Origin: Balanoglossus misakiensis | Lineage: Eukaryota; Animalia; Hemichordata | Reading direction: 5' to 3' | NCBI GenBank assembly: GCA_040954595.2 | Contig: CM082580.2 | Span: forward strand, 3,896,783 to 3,960,782 | DNA: 64,000 bases | In this document: piece after piece, positions 25,101 through 40,200 of the stretch | Position numbering within the stretch: the stretch's first letter is position 1 | How the letters are laid out: each line of letters opens with the position of its first letter | Notes under the pieces: model-generated | What the model saw: only the letters and a program-made list of their open reading frames with translations | The model's database searches: none | Told to the model about the DNA's origin: nothing | Position numbers and translations under genes: made by a program

Positions 25101-27305
25101 AGCATACAGACGAAGACTGTATCAAACACTCCTCTCTGTCTACTTAGATCCTCTTGAAGGGTGAGTGGTCTTCGTTTCCATGACAGTCACGGAAGTAAAC
25201 GAAGGCGACATGTATATTTTTTACATGCTCAGGGCTCTGCACATGTAGCTCAAGATATTTGCATATCTGTAAACTCAGTGGCCAATGGCATCAAAAAATT
25301 GCACATCTGTTCTGTTTATATTGTCCTAGATTCTTACTCATTTTAATACAGATGGTGCAAAAATTGTAATTTCATTGATTTTGAAAATTCTCTTTAGCAA
25401 CTCTTACCTGGCAGTTTCAATCTTTTGTTATTGCACTAATTAAGACTCCAAAAATAATTTATAAATTTGAAAATAAGTTGTTATCAAAACTTATGTAAAT
25501 ATTTGCAGGATGTGAAAAAAAAATCTTACATAAGCAAATGAAATTTTGCCATGATGATGCCACTTCTCCTATTTATCATTTCTACTTATATACAGACCTC
25601 AATCAGACTACACAATGTGCATTAATTTCCTTGTACTAATAATTGTGAAGAGTTTTCATTTGAGGTTCCTTTATCCCTTTTCAGACCCAAAGATGCCTTA
25701 GTAGGTCCAGCAATAACATTATTAAATAGTAATTCTTCTGAATTCGACATCAGTAGGGTAAGTACAAGCAATACTAGTAAATTTGAAAGTATTTTGAAAC
25801 AACGTCAGTGTTTTCAGAAAAGGAACATTAACTGTCTGTTTTCTTTGTTTGTCAGTTACTCTCACTTCTTGGATGAAACAATGATCAAAATAATGCCAAC
25901 GTATAGTGATTGTGGACAAACTCTAACCTATGCAGCTCAGACAAACATTCAAAAGTTGTACGTATTTGTTTTGCAGGTTCTCCAAATTCTACCAGAGAAC
26001 TGGTCAATAGGTCTTCTCCAACACTTTCTAGCCAAAGCCGTCAGAACCAACATGCATACATGCAGGTCGACTAAAATAGAAAGAATGCTTGCAAGGGGTG
26101 AGAATTTACAACTGAAAGCGCAGACCATATGCGAGACAAGAATTCCAGTGGCCATGACTGACTCAAGGTAAGATGGTCGGTCATTGTCTGTCTGTCTGTC
26201 CATTGATCTGTTTTTCTGTCTCTTATTCTTGTTATATACTGTAAAACGAAAAAAGTTTTGCGATATCAAAAGAGACAACTGTTACACCACGATTAATTTT
26301 CGTGTTCTTATATTTTACTTCATCGTTATCACCGAAAAACATTTTTACGTGACTTTTTATTTTAACATTTTTTTGGCTCTCGCATAGTTCGCGATAATTT
26401 ATCATTTGTAAAAATTTCCCATTTTGCAGTATTTTCTGTAGTCTTGTAAATGTCGCTGTTCGCACACAGTCACTTAGCTTTGATATCAGCATAACTACAC
26501 CAAAAGCATGTGACCATGCTTAAAATGTAGCACATTGAATAGATCGGTCACCTATTTCTGCAGAGACCCAGACTGTGTCCACTCGGCTCCTAAATTATAG
26601 CCAGAGACCACAATTAGTAAACTTTTTACTGTCCTCCACATTACAGCCAGGTCAACATTCTACATATAATCTTATCAAGAGCTTTTGCTAACTCTTATCC
26701 GTTCATCTAGTGGAATTTGCCACGCATAAATCAGCAATGAATGCATATATGTCGCCCATAACTTAACATTATTTACAATGAGAAAGTGTAGTATGGTTTA
26801 CCGAAATTGGTGTTATAAATCATGCGCTGTATCAATATGTTTTTCAGCTCATGTTGTTTGGTCTGAAATATTATTGACAGTCCTTGCAGCCACAAGTTGG
26901 CTAATGTATTTCATATCTTTGTAACTGTATGACAAATATAGATTAGCCCTATACATGTATCATATATGTACACTGTGTGTCTGTGTGTTTAAAGAGACCG
27001 ACAGAGTTATCAATGAACTTTGGACTTCAGACTTGGCTAGGGTCAGCAGCTGCAGTAGCCTTGCAAATTACATCTCCATTTTGCAGCCAGCAATTCTTTT
27101 TTTCAGAAATATAAATGTTGTCTGTTTAATTATAAAGTCAAATATTGTCTTCTTTTCTTACAGAATATGCGCTGTCTGCAGTCGACCATTCAATGAACCT
27201 TCCTTTGCCAGATTTCCGAATGGAGTGATCACTCATACACACTGCGCGAGGAATAAATATGTGTGTCCAATATCGGGCAATGTCTTCAGCACGAAGAAGT
27301 CATAG
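16139..27305 (+). CDS. TGFBRAP1: TGF-beta receptor-associated protein 1 / VPS3 (CORVET subunit; CNH, clathrin-repeat/Vps39 and C-terminal zinc-finger regions), 22 coding exons, about 861 aa
   Basis: Exons: 16139-16213, 16809-16861, 17222-17315, 17806-17904, 18177-18206, 18563-18619, 19044-19148, 19594-19728, 19983-20143, 20843-20975, 21311-21406, 21632-21736, 22195-22386, 22735-22928, 23087-23155, 23359-23431, 23610-23744, 24263-24475, 25000-25160, 25685-25757, 25977-26167, 27164-27305 (2586 nt, phase-consistent). Recognisable peptides: MSIKAFELV, EFLLSGPSALGMF, FPYICALDDEFITVHSILDQQQKQTVPF, VDTALLKLYAE, KYHTHLAVLYL, CAVCSRPFNEPSFARFPNGVITHTHC. Confidence 0.95.
24582..24776 (+). mobile_element. 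TA-flanked non-autonomous DNA transposon (MITE), copy 1, in TGFBRAP1 intron 18
   Basis: TA-CTGTAAAATGGGAAATTTTCGCGA ... TCGCGAAAAATTTCCCGCTTTACAG-TA terminal inverted repeats. A second copy lies at 26237-26431. Confidence 0.8.
26237..26431 (-). mobile_element. TA-flanked MITE, copy 2 (opposite orientation), in TGFBRAP1 intron 21
   Basis: The reverse complement aligns end to end with 24582-24776 (shared tcgcgaacta.gcgagagccaa, cgtaaaaatgtttttcgg.gataac, gtaacagttg.ctcttt.gatatcgc). Confidence 0.8.
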
Positions 27306-28124
27306 CAGAAGCACGTGTTGCGTCGATTGTGGGGAAAATGCCTGCAACCAACTCTTCAACACGACTGGCGTGCCTCACAGAACACAGAGCTTAGTGGTAA
27401 CACTGCCCTCTAGAGACAACCAGGAGAAATGATCGGTGACTGTACCCATACATATTTGCCTGTTCAAACAAGAGATGACAGGAGATATAGGACACATAAA
27501 CACTGATATTATGTCAATCTAGCAGGTTGCCAAATTGTTCAAATTTCAAATTTCATCAACAGTAGATAAAACCTCCAGCGGTAATTTAGCTTCAAAACTG
27601 AAGAACAGCTACTGGTTGTATCCATGCAGTTTAGCAATGTGGAAAAGAATTCACCTGAACAATCCAGACCATGGCACACATTTTATCTGGTTTCCAAAGT
27701 AGTCTACCTCACCATAGCAACACTGGCTGACCTCTGACCTGCAGTCTGCTCATATCAGGGTCCCAGATATCACCAAAACATTGCAAAGATTTTTTGTACA
27801 GTATAGTGTATCTCAAAATTATGTTCACCATATAGACAAGCAGATGTTGAGCAAGTTTTACAAGAAAAGAGTGCTGCATATGACCTCATTCATGTTGACA
27901 TTGGTAGTAACCCAAGTATTTGTACAGGAGAGGTCTTATCAGAATTCTACTATAGTCTTCAGGCTGTGCAGAAGAGAGACAGACACCGACCAGCCCCACT
28001 GGGCAATAGATTACTCATTCAAACACTAACAAACTCATAAAAGTCATTCTGTTTGATTCTGTGATAACAGATTGAAATCCTGAATCTAAACTCAAAATGT
28101 CTTGTAAGCCAATCCATATGTCAG

Positions 28125-28204
28125 TAGTCTACAATCCAGACCAGTGTGATTTTTGCTATGTGGAGCATAGCGTATAAAATAGCATGAGACTGGATTCTAG
28201 ACTA
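28125..28204. mobile_element. Degenerate hairpin MITE in the presumed TGFBRAP1 3'UTR
   Basis: TAGTCTACAATCCAG...CTGGATTCTAGACTA inverted termini, same design as 50733-50810. Confidence 0.55.
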
Positions 28205-29281
28205 ATCCATATGCATCCTCCCAGATTCTCTGATGCAAGAATATAGAATGTACTAGATGTATTGATAAAGGTCGAATGACAAGAAAATGTCTACAAATGC
28301 TCATAATGAATCAACGTTTCCAAAGACATTTCATTGAAAAGGCACAATGATACGGACAGGATTTTTAACATAGCCTGATTGAGACTGAGTTTGTTTTTCT
28401 GACTTTATTTTGTCAACTAGAATAAGGGATTTGATCACAGCAATAGGTTCACCCATTTCTTGTAAAGTGTTTTCTGTTAGAGTTCCAAAGCTTACTTCAA
28501 TGGCCTTGCAGATCAGTGCATTTTGAAGAAATTTTAAGAGCCTATGTGTTAAATGTTTTTAATATACTTGTACTTCCTTCAAAGAATCTTGGCAAGATTT
28601 GTGGTAATCTCATGGACAGAAATCATGTATTTAAAAAACAGACCTATTTTCTAAACAAGTCATCATGTGCTGCCAGATTGTGTTTTTATTGCGGTCTGGG
28701 ATATGTTTGTGCTTAGTTTTGTCTGCTATCAAAAGTGTCCAAGTTAAACAGAACCATAACCTTTGACCTGTGTGATGAGGTCACGAAAGGTCAAGTAATA
28801 TAATACTATAAATTGTCATTACGTTTATAGTTTTCTGTCACAGTTGTTCCTGGACAATTAGAAATGTATTTTTTTTACATTTCACCTAATTTTGGCTGTA
28901 AGAATATTTTCCTTTGTCTTGTTTTGTTTTGTTCCTTGGTCGGTGAATGTGTCGTATTGTACTCGGTTTCACTTCAGGAACTGTCAAGCTGTTTGTCTTT
29001 TATGACTTTCTTGGGTAGATACGTCAGCCATTTCAGTTTCTACGACGTGACAGATCAAATTCTAACTAAATTTACGAGGCGATCACTTGTTTTCAGTTCC
29101 ATAAAAGGACAGCACAGGACGTGGCATGCGGTGTTGGTACAAACATCGCGTGTAACTTCATGAGCCAAAATGATATCACTTGGTATCTGGAAAGTTGTTT
29201 CGTTTTGTCGATTTGAAAATGTATGTAGATCCTAGCAGCCATCTTGGAAATATTTGATAACATTGTACGTACATATCCAGC

Positions 29282-29292
29282 ATTAAAATAAA
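29282..29292 (+). terminator. Candidate TGFBRAP1 polyadenylation signal (overlapping ATTAAA/AATAAA)
   Basis: attaaaataaa about 2 kb after the stop, followed by a T/GT-rich tract (gtctgtgttgtttg). Inferred only. Confidence 0.35.
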
Positions 29293-30162
29293 ATTTAACA
29301 ATTCAAATGCTTTTATTTGAATTCTACTCCCGAGTCTGTGTTGTTTGAAATGTGTATGATACATGTACATACAGCCACAGGTCTTTTCAATCGTACTTTC
29401 TCATGAATTTTTAATTTTTCACTAAACCCCTGAAGCTGGAATCATTTTTTTCAATGGACGTATCAATAATCCAATGTATAGATACAAAGTGCGTCTCTTA
29501 ATGCTGACTTAGATATTAAGGCTTCTCATTGTAAGCCTGAATATCATGTATAATATGCTTCTTGAAAGGATAATAATCTGCAGTTTCTACATGTTAGAGT
29601 TGGTCCTCCACATACAGGACCAGGTATATCATTGCATTATGATGACAAAGAAATCCTCAAAGACAAATGTTGTTCCATAGATTATTTGTAGATTCATAGT
29701 GTCCTCAGGATTGTGTATGTTATGTGAGTTTTATCTTGATGATTATTTTCATCCATCCATCCATTCCTTATTAATTCATAAGTGCTGCATTTGTTCAGGA
29801 CGCCAGCCTGAAATGAAAATCTTGGATCAACTCTGAGGTGGCACTTAGACTGCAAAGACAGATGGCGGTAAAAAAAAGCCCATTTTCAATATCGCCTACG
29901 GCTGTCAGTGTTGCAACCCTCACCAGTTTCTTAGCTTGGATTATTCTGCATGTCTTGGTGTTAATGCTGTCTTTGTTCCTCCGTATTTGCTTTCAAGACG
30001 TCCAGGTCTTTGCTTAGATTTGATGACCTCTGACCCCCACCCTTAAATGGAAAACGAAGTATCAAATTAACCAATTCATACCCTGCATTTCCAGTGTAAA
30101 TTAACGAAACAGGAAAAAAGAAATCACACTGAAAATACATTGATTGCAAAAATCAAAATGCC

Positions 30163-30168
30163 TTTATT
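30163..30168 (-). terminator. Candidate NHERF polyadenylation signal (AATAAA on minus strand)
   Basis: tttatt at 30163-30168, followed on the minus strand by T-rich sequence. It would imply a 3'UTR of about 4.1 kb. Inferred only. Confidence 0.3.
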
Positions 30169-33100
30169 TATTTTTTTACTTTAAAGCGGTACAAATCATT
30201 TCATTATAGATATCACCTTTTATTTAAACTAGAAAATTAACATTTCCACCGCTTTTTATACATCATTATGCACAGTGACTTAAAGCAAAATATATATACT
30301 GCATATTGCTACACTCTATCTATTCAATATATATATATTCTTAATCAGAAGAAAAAAAAAGCAAACTTGTATCATTTTAGACAAATCAGCATTGTATTCC
30401 CTTGTAATACATCTGTAGTACCTGAAAAGTATTCCTCGTATAAACCACAATTGCTTCAACTAGCTCTGTAAGAAAACAAACTAGTTCTGATAAGGACTGG
30501 ATATAAGATAACAATGCAGTCAAATGTTTCAACACTGACTCCCACTACCGAATCAAAAATACATGCAATGTACTTTCAACAGTGAACCAATACAAACAAC
30601 CTAAAACTTAAAAATGCATGAACTGTTTTGAGCAAATCAATCCAAAATTATAATAAGTTCTACTTGTTTTGTTGTCAAATTTACAGATGATGGGTAGAAA
30701 GATATATCTGCTATCGTATTATGGTATCTGGGATCATTTCTCGTCAAAGATGTAGTCAAAATTTTCACTAGCCACACGCAATTCACTCAGCCAGATCGCT
30801 ATTATTTTCGCTTGAAGAGTACACATCTGTACAGTTATAAGATGATATAGAGGATAGGTACGATTAATTTGGAGACTGCAGTCTTTGATTGGGTGTTCCG
30901 AAAAAAAAAAAATTAGGTCCAAAACCTCGACAGATGAACAGTTACTATACTCATTTCTCTTCCGTGAGATGGTTTCACGGCAAGTGTAAACGAGAGGCGA
31001 CTTCAATGCCATATCGTACCCTACATCACTGATGTATTTTGGCCAAATATCAGCTGGTGCAAGTGACAGAACGCGACAGAAATGATCCCTGATTGACCTA
31101 AACCGAGTGAACCACGCCTTTAGACAAAAATCCAGACTTAGCCCCTGTAGCTATCACTCTATAAAATGGATTTTCAAAACTGTATATGTACAAAACTGTG
31201 GAATAACATGGGATGAATATCCAGCCACCCAAAAGAAAGGATGTTATTTGTTCAACAATGCAAAAAAAAAAAAAAAAATCATGAAATAGTACTTGTTCCT
31301 TGTAACCCTTGACCCAATCAAAAACTACAAAATCAAACCATTACAAAATGTTCCAATCTCATATAGTCATGTTATCGTGAAGATTTAATTGTCCACCAAT
31401 AACAATTACGTACTTTCAGAAAACAAATCAAACTTTCTCAAAATTATTGTCACAACTTTATATAAATATATTGCAATATCTTAAGATTTTTTTGCCTTTT
31501 TTTATTTTGCCCTACATGCACAAAGAATACTGAAAGAAATTGTTCTTGTTTTTCGCCAGAATAGATCGACAGAAGCTTTTGTGTAAGCTAACCAGCATAG
31601 CATCACTTTGCAACAAATTCCATGTATGGACCATATTCAACCTTACCAGTACTATTAGTGCAAAACTGAATTGTATATTCAACTGACCAGTCTTTTGAAG
31701 GAAATTAGACCAACAATTTCAAGTCTATTTTAACAAGCAACATAACACTTTATAATCCATAAAGTTTTGTTCTCATATTTATAAGTAAAGAAATTACCTA
31801 CGTGAATTTACTGTGCAGAGCTAGCGCTAAAAGATACAAAGGTATCCATCCATGCGAGATATATCTACATCTCTACAATAACTACATAAATTTGCAAAAT
31901 GTCTTGACTAACTTGGAAACCGCATGCATAGCTTACAGATACCCTGTCAATTATAACCTTTGTCTTGTAACTGACGACATTGATTGTGATTAGCAAAGCT
32001 TGCAAACTGGTACATACAGCGCAAATCATAGCAAATCATGGCAAACAGACTTGTTTTATCAAGAACAGGGAAAGTTAAAATGTTTGCGGATACATTCATA
32101 TGTTGTTCAGTATGGCTATATTTTAACCTGAGGGTAAGAAATGGGTAAATATTAACACCAAAAGAAGCAAACAAGTTTTTAACATCAGGTATTGCTTTTG
32201 ACAGCATGCATTGGTACAATCACCCCTATAATATAGTTGAAGAGTCCATGTCTGCATAAAGGTTGGTTCATTCACAGACATTACGAGAATTTGTTCCCAC
32301 AATATGATGATGAGCATGAAGGTCTAATGTGACGTTCTAATGGTTTGGCCAATGTTATGTTGGGTCAGGAAGTATAGGTTAATACAGCCCAACCACTTCA
32401 CAAAGAATCGAATCATGAGTGAATTGAATCGTGGGTAAAACCCAGAATTCATTGTATAAAGAGCTTGCAATCATGGTCTATTACCATATCTATCAATATT
32501 TTAGTTAATCTGTCTTTCTGCCTGTTACTTTGTTAGCACGCATAACTTATCCAACTTTTTCGGTTTTGTTTGTGGTATCGAATTTTCAGCATGATGTAAA
32601 AATGCAATGTAATATCAAATGGTAGGGTCGTGCCGTCCCAATAATATGGTTGGTTGCATGTCATTTTATCACTCACTTTAAAATTAGTGAGAAATAGAAT
32701 TATTGTGAGGGAAGCAATGCACATAAAAAGTTGAGATAGGGTAAAATGCACTGAGTGTCAGAAAGCTGTAGTTTACTGTCAATCACTGGTGTCAGGATCA
32801 ATTTGATGTTCTATCTTTCACATGCAGCAGTTAGGTATGTAAATCTCGAGTCTGACTAGAGGTTCTAAGGGCTTGACTGTGACTGTAAATAAACTACATA
32901 TACCACTGTCATGAACCATCTTTCTTCTCTCCTTCTATCTCTCTCTCTGGTTGTTTGGCTTTTTTCACATATCTTGTATTATTATTAGACTAACAGTTTC
33001 AAAATATGTTGCACTGGCATATTTTGTTGTTACAGGATATTTGTTTCCTTCAAACACAAACGACAGTTTTGAAGATTATTTCTACAGACAAGAATGAAAT

Positions 33101-34291
33101 TATAGATGTAAAATTCCTCTGTCGTAATAACAAAGTTTAGAATTCTGGCTTTGGATAAATCCACCAATAACCAAGTCTGACCTTCTGACCATACAATGTA
33201 CCTTGCCAGCTTCTGTTGGTCACAACACCACATTCTGGTTATAAAGAGAAACTGCCCCATTCTAATAAAATGTGAAAAATACCATGCCATGTACATGTAG
33301 AAAAATAAACCATCAAGAAAAAATTTATACAGTCATCTTATTTGCATTCATATACATACCCAATCCTATCTGAATCTTCCAATCATCCGAGTTTTTGTAT
33401 ATTAATTTAAAATTGTTCATTTTTCCCCAAAATTCAACTAGGCTGTATCTCTCCCGGTCATTTGGATATTGTACAATTTCAACCAAAGTTATCAACATAA
33501 CTTTACCAAAGTGAAAGCAAATGACCCAACCAATTGATGTGGTAAATATCCATTTTGTATTATGGTAATGTTTATATTTAACATTACTTCCAAAAGCAGC
33601 AAGCTGGAAAGACACAGCAAATCAAAAGATTTAGTACAAAATGCTACAGTTGTTTTTCGCTCAACAACACAATAGGCAAAATTATTTCTGTGCTAAAAAT
33701 AAGTTTCAGTTTTCTTCCTGCTTTTTTAACTTCCCTTGTGTAATTTAGGTAGCATTTAATGCATAACTAACTATTCAACAAAAAATTTGCAGCAAAGAAT
33801 CAATCAATGTAAATTCAGCTATGAATCCAAATTATAACCACAGCATCATTGTTCAATAAAACAAACGAAAAAAAAAAAACATTCTCTAGACTATATGCGT
33901 GAAGCTCGCAGTACTACATTTGTGCTTTTAAGTACTACCAAAAATCTTTCATTGTTGGGTGGTACTAGAATAGTAAAAGAAACATAAGAGGTCACTGTGA
34001 AGATAAACCCATTACCCTTCACGAATCTTGATCGAACGTTTTCAATTCATTTGATGAGAAGATGTCCAAGTCCAACAGTATAACACTGATGAAATTCTCC
34101 GTAAAAGTCCAAACACTGTCCTAATCATTTTGACACTCGCGAAATGTAATTTGGGGGTAATTTTTTTACAGATTACTGAAGATGATACGATTTTCTGCAG
34201 TCATCAATTTGATATCAGTCTTCAATCAGCACCAATATGTAGAGGGAGTTATCTCACAGTTGATCGCAACATGACTTGGCGCACACAATTT

Positions 34292-37200
34292 TTACATATT
34301 GTTGAACTGGGCGTATTTCGTCTTCCAGTCTTGTTTCTGCGGTCTCTTCTTCTTGGCCATTGCCCTGGCTTTAGCCATATCCAAGCTGTTGAAGTCGATC
34401 TCTCCTGGTGATGCCGGTGCTGGTGGCTGTAAAAAGAAAACAAAAAAAACACCGGTCACATCAGATGCCCAAGTTGTCAAGGGATAGAAGCTGGCATTCC
34501 AATACAACAACACAACGGCATTGTTATTCTTCACTGAAGTTTCAACAATGTACCCAGTCCCTAGAATCACTTTAGCACTGTCAAATTGTTGTTGGAATTT
34601 TTAGACTAGACTAAAATTATTTTGTGCACTTCTGAGCAACCATGTATATTTTATACAACAACCAATATATTGCAATAAATCATCAAATATTTCTGCATTG
34701 CATCTTTTTGTGGGAGTTGAAAAAATTGATAAACATGTAGAAATAGTGATACATGTAATTGTAATAGCAGCTTCAAACTTAACCCTTTCAACCCCAGTTC
34801 CCTCTTTAGAGGTCCAACCTTACCATAGAAAACAATGGGTTTGGACTGAACCATGGTGGTGAAAGGGTTAAGTGGAAGGCAACCAAACCATCCCAGATAG
34901 GAGAGAATTACTGATACACTTGTGGAGTCTAACCAGTCAGAAGGAAGAGAAATCTCCATTTTATGGTTGAATGCCTATTTACACTTTTAAAGTGGGTTGT
35001 TCCTTCTACTGCAAAGAGGAAGTTCACACATCACATTTCTTTCTCAGTGTTACACTTAAATATTCACCTAGAACCAAGATGAAGGTGATTTTGACAAGAA
35101 ATCTCAGTTGCCTGCTCTTCACATCACAAGACAAATGTTTTTTATTAACTTTTGACATATTATGCACCTTGAAAAAAAATTCTTGGATTCTTGTCATACG
35201 TGAAATGTTCTGATTCTCTACTTTGGGTAACTGACCCAATTAGTGGAAATGAAATGATTCTGACTTTGAAAATGACCAAAATCTGAAATTCAAAATGTGT
35301 GCTAATATCTATATTGATCCTTCAGATGACTTACTCTGTTAATTGCTTATGAATATGATATCCATGTGTTATTATCATGTGAGAATTTAGAGTCTTGTGG
35401 GGAAAATGGGATTGCTGATATGCATTCCCTGACAGTGACAGGCATAACCCACAGCTGTGTCAAAATTGTACCAATGTAGACATTACCAAGGGAAATTTTG
35501 ATTTATCACGGAATTTTGACATCAAATACTGATAACGTATATTACCACGTATTCCAGTCAGTGTGTGTTATTACAAGTGAAAGATTTTGACGTTGAACTA
35601 AACTGATCAGCACACATGAACATGTCCATATTTCATTTGATAAAATAATTATATAACTGCAGAAAAAAGATTATTTCCACGATACATGAAGAAGAGACAT
35701 TTTTATCTGACACTGTGACAGCTCTATATGATGGGATTGTACTAATGGTTTACGGTGGCTATTTTCTCCTTCAACAACTATCATAAGCTCACAGAAAAAC
35801 AGCCACATCAACTTGATAGTTGTACAAATGTCAATGATGATGATGATGATGATGATGATGGCTGTGTTGTGCACTTTGGTATTAAACTGACACTGACAAA
35901 CACAAATCAGTTATGGTATTGGCAAATGAAGGTTGGTTAAGTGAATGACAGCTGTTTTAGTAAACAAATGTGTTACATATATGAAGATTCAAACCCTACC
36001 CAGAAGCCATCCTAAATCCAATCACCCACCTACTGTTATCCATCCATCCATCCAAATCCTGTGTACACAATGTACATCCCACCCACACCCACCTACATGT
36101 ATCCAGTCATCAATACAACCACCCACCCATCTATCCATGCATGCACCCACCCATCACTCCCTACCACCCACTCTAATATGCCCAGAGGTTTTGCCTCATT
36201 TCAAATATGACAAGTGCCACAGTAAATACCGTTTCCAGATGCACATATTGTCTTTCAACTTCAAACAAACTACAAGTACATGTACAAATCAGAAATTACA
36301 ACACATGAATCCTTCAAAGTTCAATATTCAATTCACATCTTTGCAGAACAGTTGCTTTCACTTACTACTTTTATACAATAAAAGCCATATACATGCATGT
36401 TAATCTTGTCTTTTAGTTTTACACTGTATGTTTCTTATTTCTCACAAGTTTCATACACTTCCTGAAAATGTCAGAGGTACACATAATGGCTAGGTATTTT
36501 TCTACCAAGTTCTTCTTCCATCTAATTATCATACTGAAACACAATGACATTTTACGTCTAACGTTCAAAACATCTTTATGTCTTGGTTGTGAGAATGAAA
36601 GAATTCAATTCATTGGGAAACTGGGAATATAGCTTGACCTTCTGCTTTGAAAGGAAAGTATTTTAACTACTTGTGATAGGTAGAATACTGCTAGTCTGAA
36701 ATTGCAAGTTAACAATTACACCATTCATACACTAGGGTGGATACTGAATCTGAACGAATGAATGACTGAATGAGATCATGTTGAAGATGGTTTTGGGAGG
36801 CATAAAAGCAGCCCACAATATCTATATAATGTGCTTGGTGAAAGAAGGCCACCAAATGATAAACTCTATCATCCTATCATCTATCATCTATTCCTATGGT
36901 CCAGTAGATTTAAACAATTCCAACACACCACTATCTGAGAAATGGCTCTAGATAGACAGAATCCATCCTGGACTCCATTCATGAAGCTAACAACATTCCA
37001 GTAGTACCACTGTCGGGATTAAAATTGATCTACTAGTATTTGATTGGAAGGGAACTTACATAATTATACATGACATTAAAATGCTTGCTTCACCGTGACT
37101 GATTTTCTGCTAGTGTCACAAAGTTCAGAGAGGCACGTCATTTTTTTTGGAAAAGTTCTTATAACCAGGCAGAAATCTTTCACAGAGAACACACTAGACT

Positions 37201-40200
37201 AATTTGCAGAACACTTGAGTATTTTTGTGTGTGTGAAGAACAAAGTATGGCAAGGTCAGGACCAATTGTGTGTTGAAGCACAAATCAACAGGTGGTTTTT
37301 CCAGGCAGTTCTAACTCCCTATGTTGCCAACAATTAATACATGGGAAATGGAATATATATTTCCCCTATCAAACATACATGCGCATGTACACAAACATAA
37401 AAACTGTTTGGCATCACACCTGCACTGTATCTTGTATCAGTTTGATCCAAGTGGAAAACATGGAAAAATCAACCAGTTTTGATGAAGGAAGTTTAATACA
37501 ACCTGTAATATTGTAAGACTACCAGCACAAGCTTGCTATATGACACACTCCTTTTCTACGTAACACACACTTGTGTCATCTGATATAAATTCTCTAACAA
37601 GGCGTGTCTTTCAACAAGAAAGACAGTCATCAAAGTCCAACCAGCAAACACATGACAGCACCTGCTATCAACAGACAGCACCACCCACTCCCACACACAA
37701 ATACTCTGTCTCAGCATCAAAGAATTCGCCCTCAGTCTCATAAAAGACTGCCATAAATGCCAGGATTCCAAACATGACTCTCCTGAACCTTCATATGAAA
37801 TTATGTTTTTCAATGGAACTGACAAACAGTGGTATACCATGTACATGCATACATACACATACATGTACAGTAGCTGTATATCTTTCCATAAAACGCACAC
37901 TCAATACACATTCCTTCAGTCCTTTGAATCAGTCTTTTCTTTGCTACTTGCGTTTACTGCAAAATAAAGGACCATCAAACAAACACGCTTTTGAAATCAG
38001 TTAGTGTAGCAAATATGGCTGAACAAAGCCAAATGACACACTTGACACAGTAAAGCGCTCCATACATGTACCGGTAATCTAGATACATGAACTTTATATT
38101 ATATAAATTATTCATGAATTGATTATGCACATATACACGCATGCGCACACACATACTGTGAATGTGATGCACATGAACATTCATCGATTAGCCTCACCTT
38201 ACTTAAATTTGGGGGGGGGGGGGGGGGGGGGGAGTTCACTTCAGATTATTTACACCAGCCTCATACAGGTGTCTGTTTTATGTAGAATTAAAATAATAGT
38301 CTGGTTCTGGTCCAACACAAATGTGTCCATATTGGTTATAACATTGTTGGACCAGAGCCAGGTGAGTTTAGTCATGGTATGAAAGGGGAAGGGGTTTGGT
38401 CTGATCTAACATTTGGGCCAGTGTTAAAATGTCTGTATGAATGCACTATATTTTGCTGGCCCTGATTCAGGCACTGACTTCAACTGTGTGATCACAGACA
38501 TGGAGCAAATCTATTGCCCAGCTGGGATTAGTTTAGTCAGGACTACATGTAGGTCCTCCTAGTTGCATTCTGCCAATGTGAAGCAAACTATTGAGTGTGA
38601 CCATGCACCCATGACACGCCGATTCCTTGAGAACATAAACTAGCTCTGTAATAAAAAGGGGCATTGTACAAGTCCTTGACTAAATGCTGACCTGTCCAGG
38701 TTAAAGTCAAGATATGGTTGGTGGGTGTGTTAAAGACACATTTTTTCATTTCAATGGATAGTGTCAGTAACACAATGCAGAGAACAGGGTCGAATGAGAG
38801 CCTGACCTGCTTCAGAGATGAACACATTGTTAGTTTTGAGAAATATACATGTAGAACAGACTAAGATTGCTGCTGTTTCCTTATGACTGCATTGCTGCAT
38901 TGCCACACCAACGGGTGACCAGGTAAAAGGACGAAACAAAAAACATGACACTGCAATGAAACATTTTTGTGTATAGAACTTTACGTGAGAATTCCCTGGC
39001 ATATTTTGTTAGTCCTTTATCATGGTGTGCACACATTTTTGAACAGATTCCTCAAGTCTGTAATACTAAACCAATGGGATGTACATTGTACTTCTCTCTC
39101 TCTCACAATATTTCACTTTTCTTCTAAAAATTGCAGGAATTTTCGACTGTACTAATATTCTTTTAATTTTTTTGCCATTTTGTCATAAATGTTATCTTGA
39201 TATATTACCATGGCAACATCACTTAATAGACAGAATTAAAAGCATATTCGAGATCATTTAAAGCCTAATGTTTTATCCAGTTGCAGCTCATGGGGCTTTA
39301 AGGAGGTATGCTCAATTTTGGCATAAGGGCTACCTCTTTCAAATATATCTACTTATATCAGACGTGTCTTAACAGACTACAATTTTAAATGCTGTAATCA
39401 TTTACAGTTGAAATAGAAACATGAGTCACACATCATTGCGTCATTGCCACGTATTATTTCATCCTGTCATGGATTACAATTGACAACAATGTACATACAT
39501 TAATTTACTGTCCATATTAATCAAATTAGTGGACCTCGAATTTCACATCCCTTTAACATCTATTAACGTGATTAACATACGTTACTACTGTACAAGGAAA
39601 TTTTAATATTAAATTTTCCACTGGTGTAAATGAAAACAAGGAAAAGCAGGCATGTTTAATTTAATTTGAAACTATAAGTCACATGATCAAGCCCAGGGAA
39701 TCGTTTCATTTGTAGCTGACAACCACTGTATTAGTTTACAAATATAAAATTTAAATTCTTTCAGCAACTATAAAGTAGATGCTCTCCTTTTATTAGGATT
39801 GAACAAACACAAAATCTGCCCTTTCAAGCATTTCCCCTAATAGATCCTGAGACAGCTGAGCATATCAGCTTTTAATAGTTACTTTGAAAAGACTGGTTTC
39901 AATAGACATCTGAAGGACTACCCTTGTCAACAGACCTTTAAATGGTACATCACACAAGCTTCACCAGTCAGCACTCTATCATGCAAGCACCTTTGCAATA
40001 CTGCCACTGCAAACAGGCCTTGCAAGCAATCTCTCATGAATATTTCATGGCCAGACTAGATCCTGAAGTGTTTGCCATAAACTGCACTGATTTTTTCGAC
40101 AAATTAATATCACATAATCTTAAGAGTATAAAAAAAATCAATCATAAATCATAAGAACTGAATCATTCCTAAATATATTTTATGAGGTAAATATTACATA

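Noticed and set aside
35945-36403. 152-aa Pro/His/Thr-rich ORF
   Set aside because: Arises from a degenerate (CCAT/CCAC)n simple repeat, antisense within the NHERF intron.
38210-38232. Long G runs (also near 49558 and the C run near 54692) as G-quadruplex elements
   Set aside because: Homopolymer tracts are common and their lengths are unreliable. No evidence of function.
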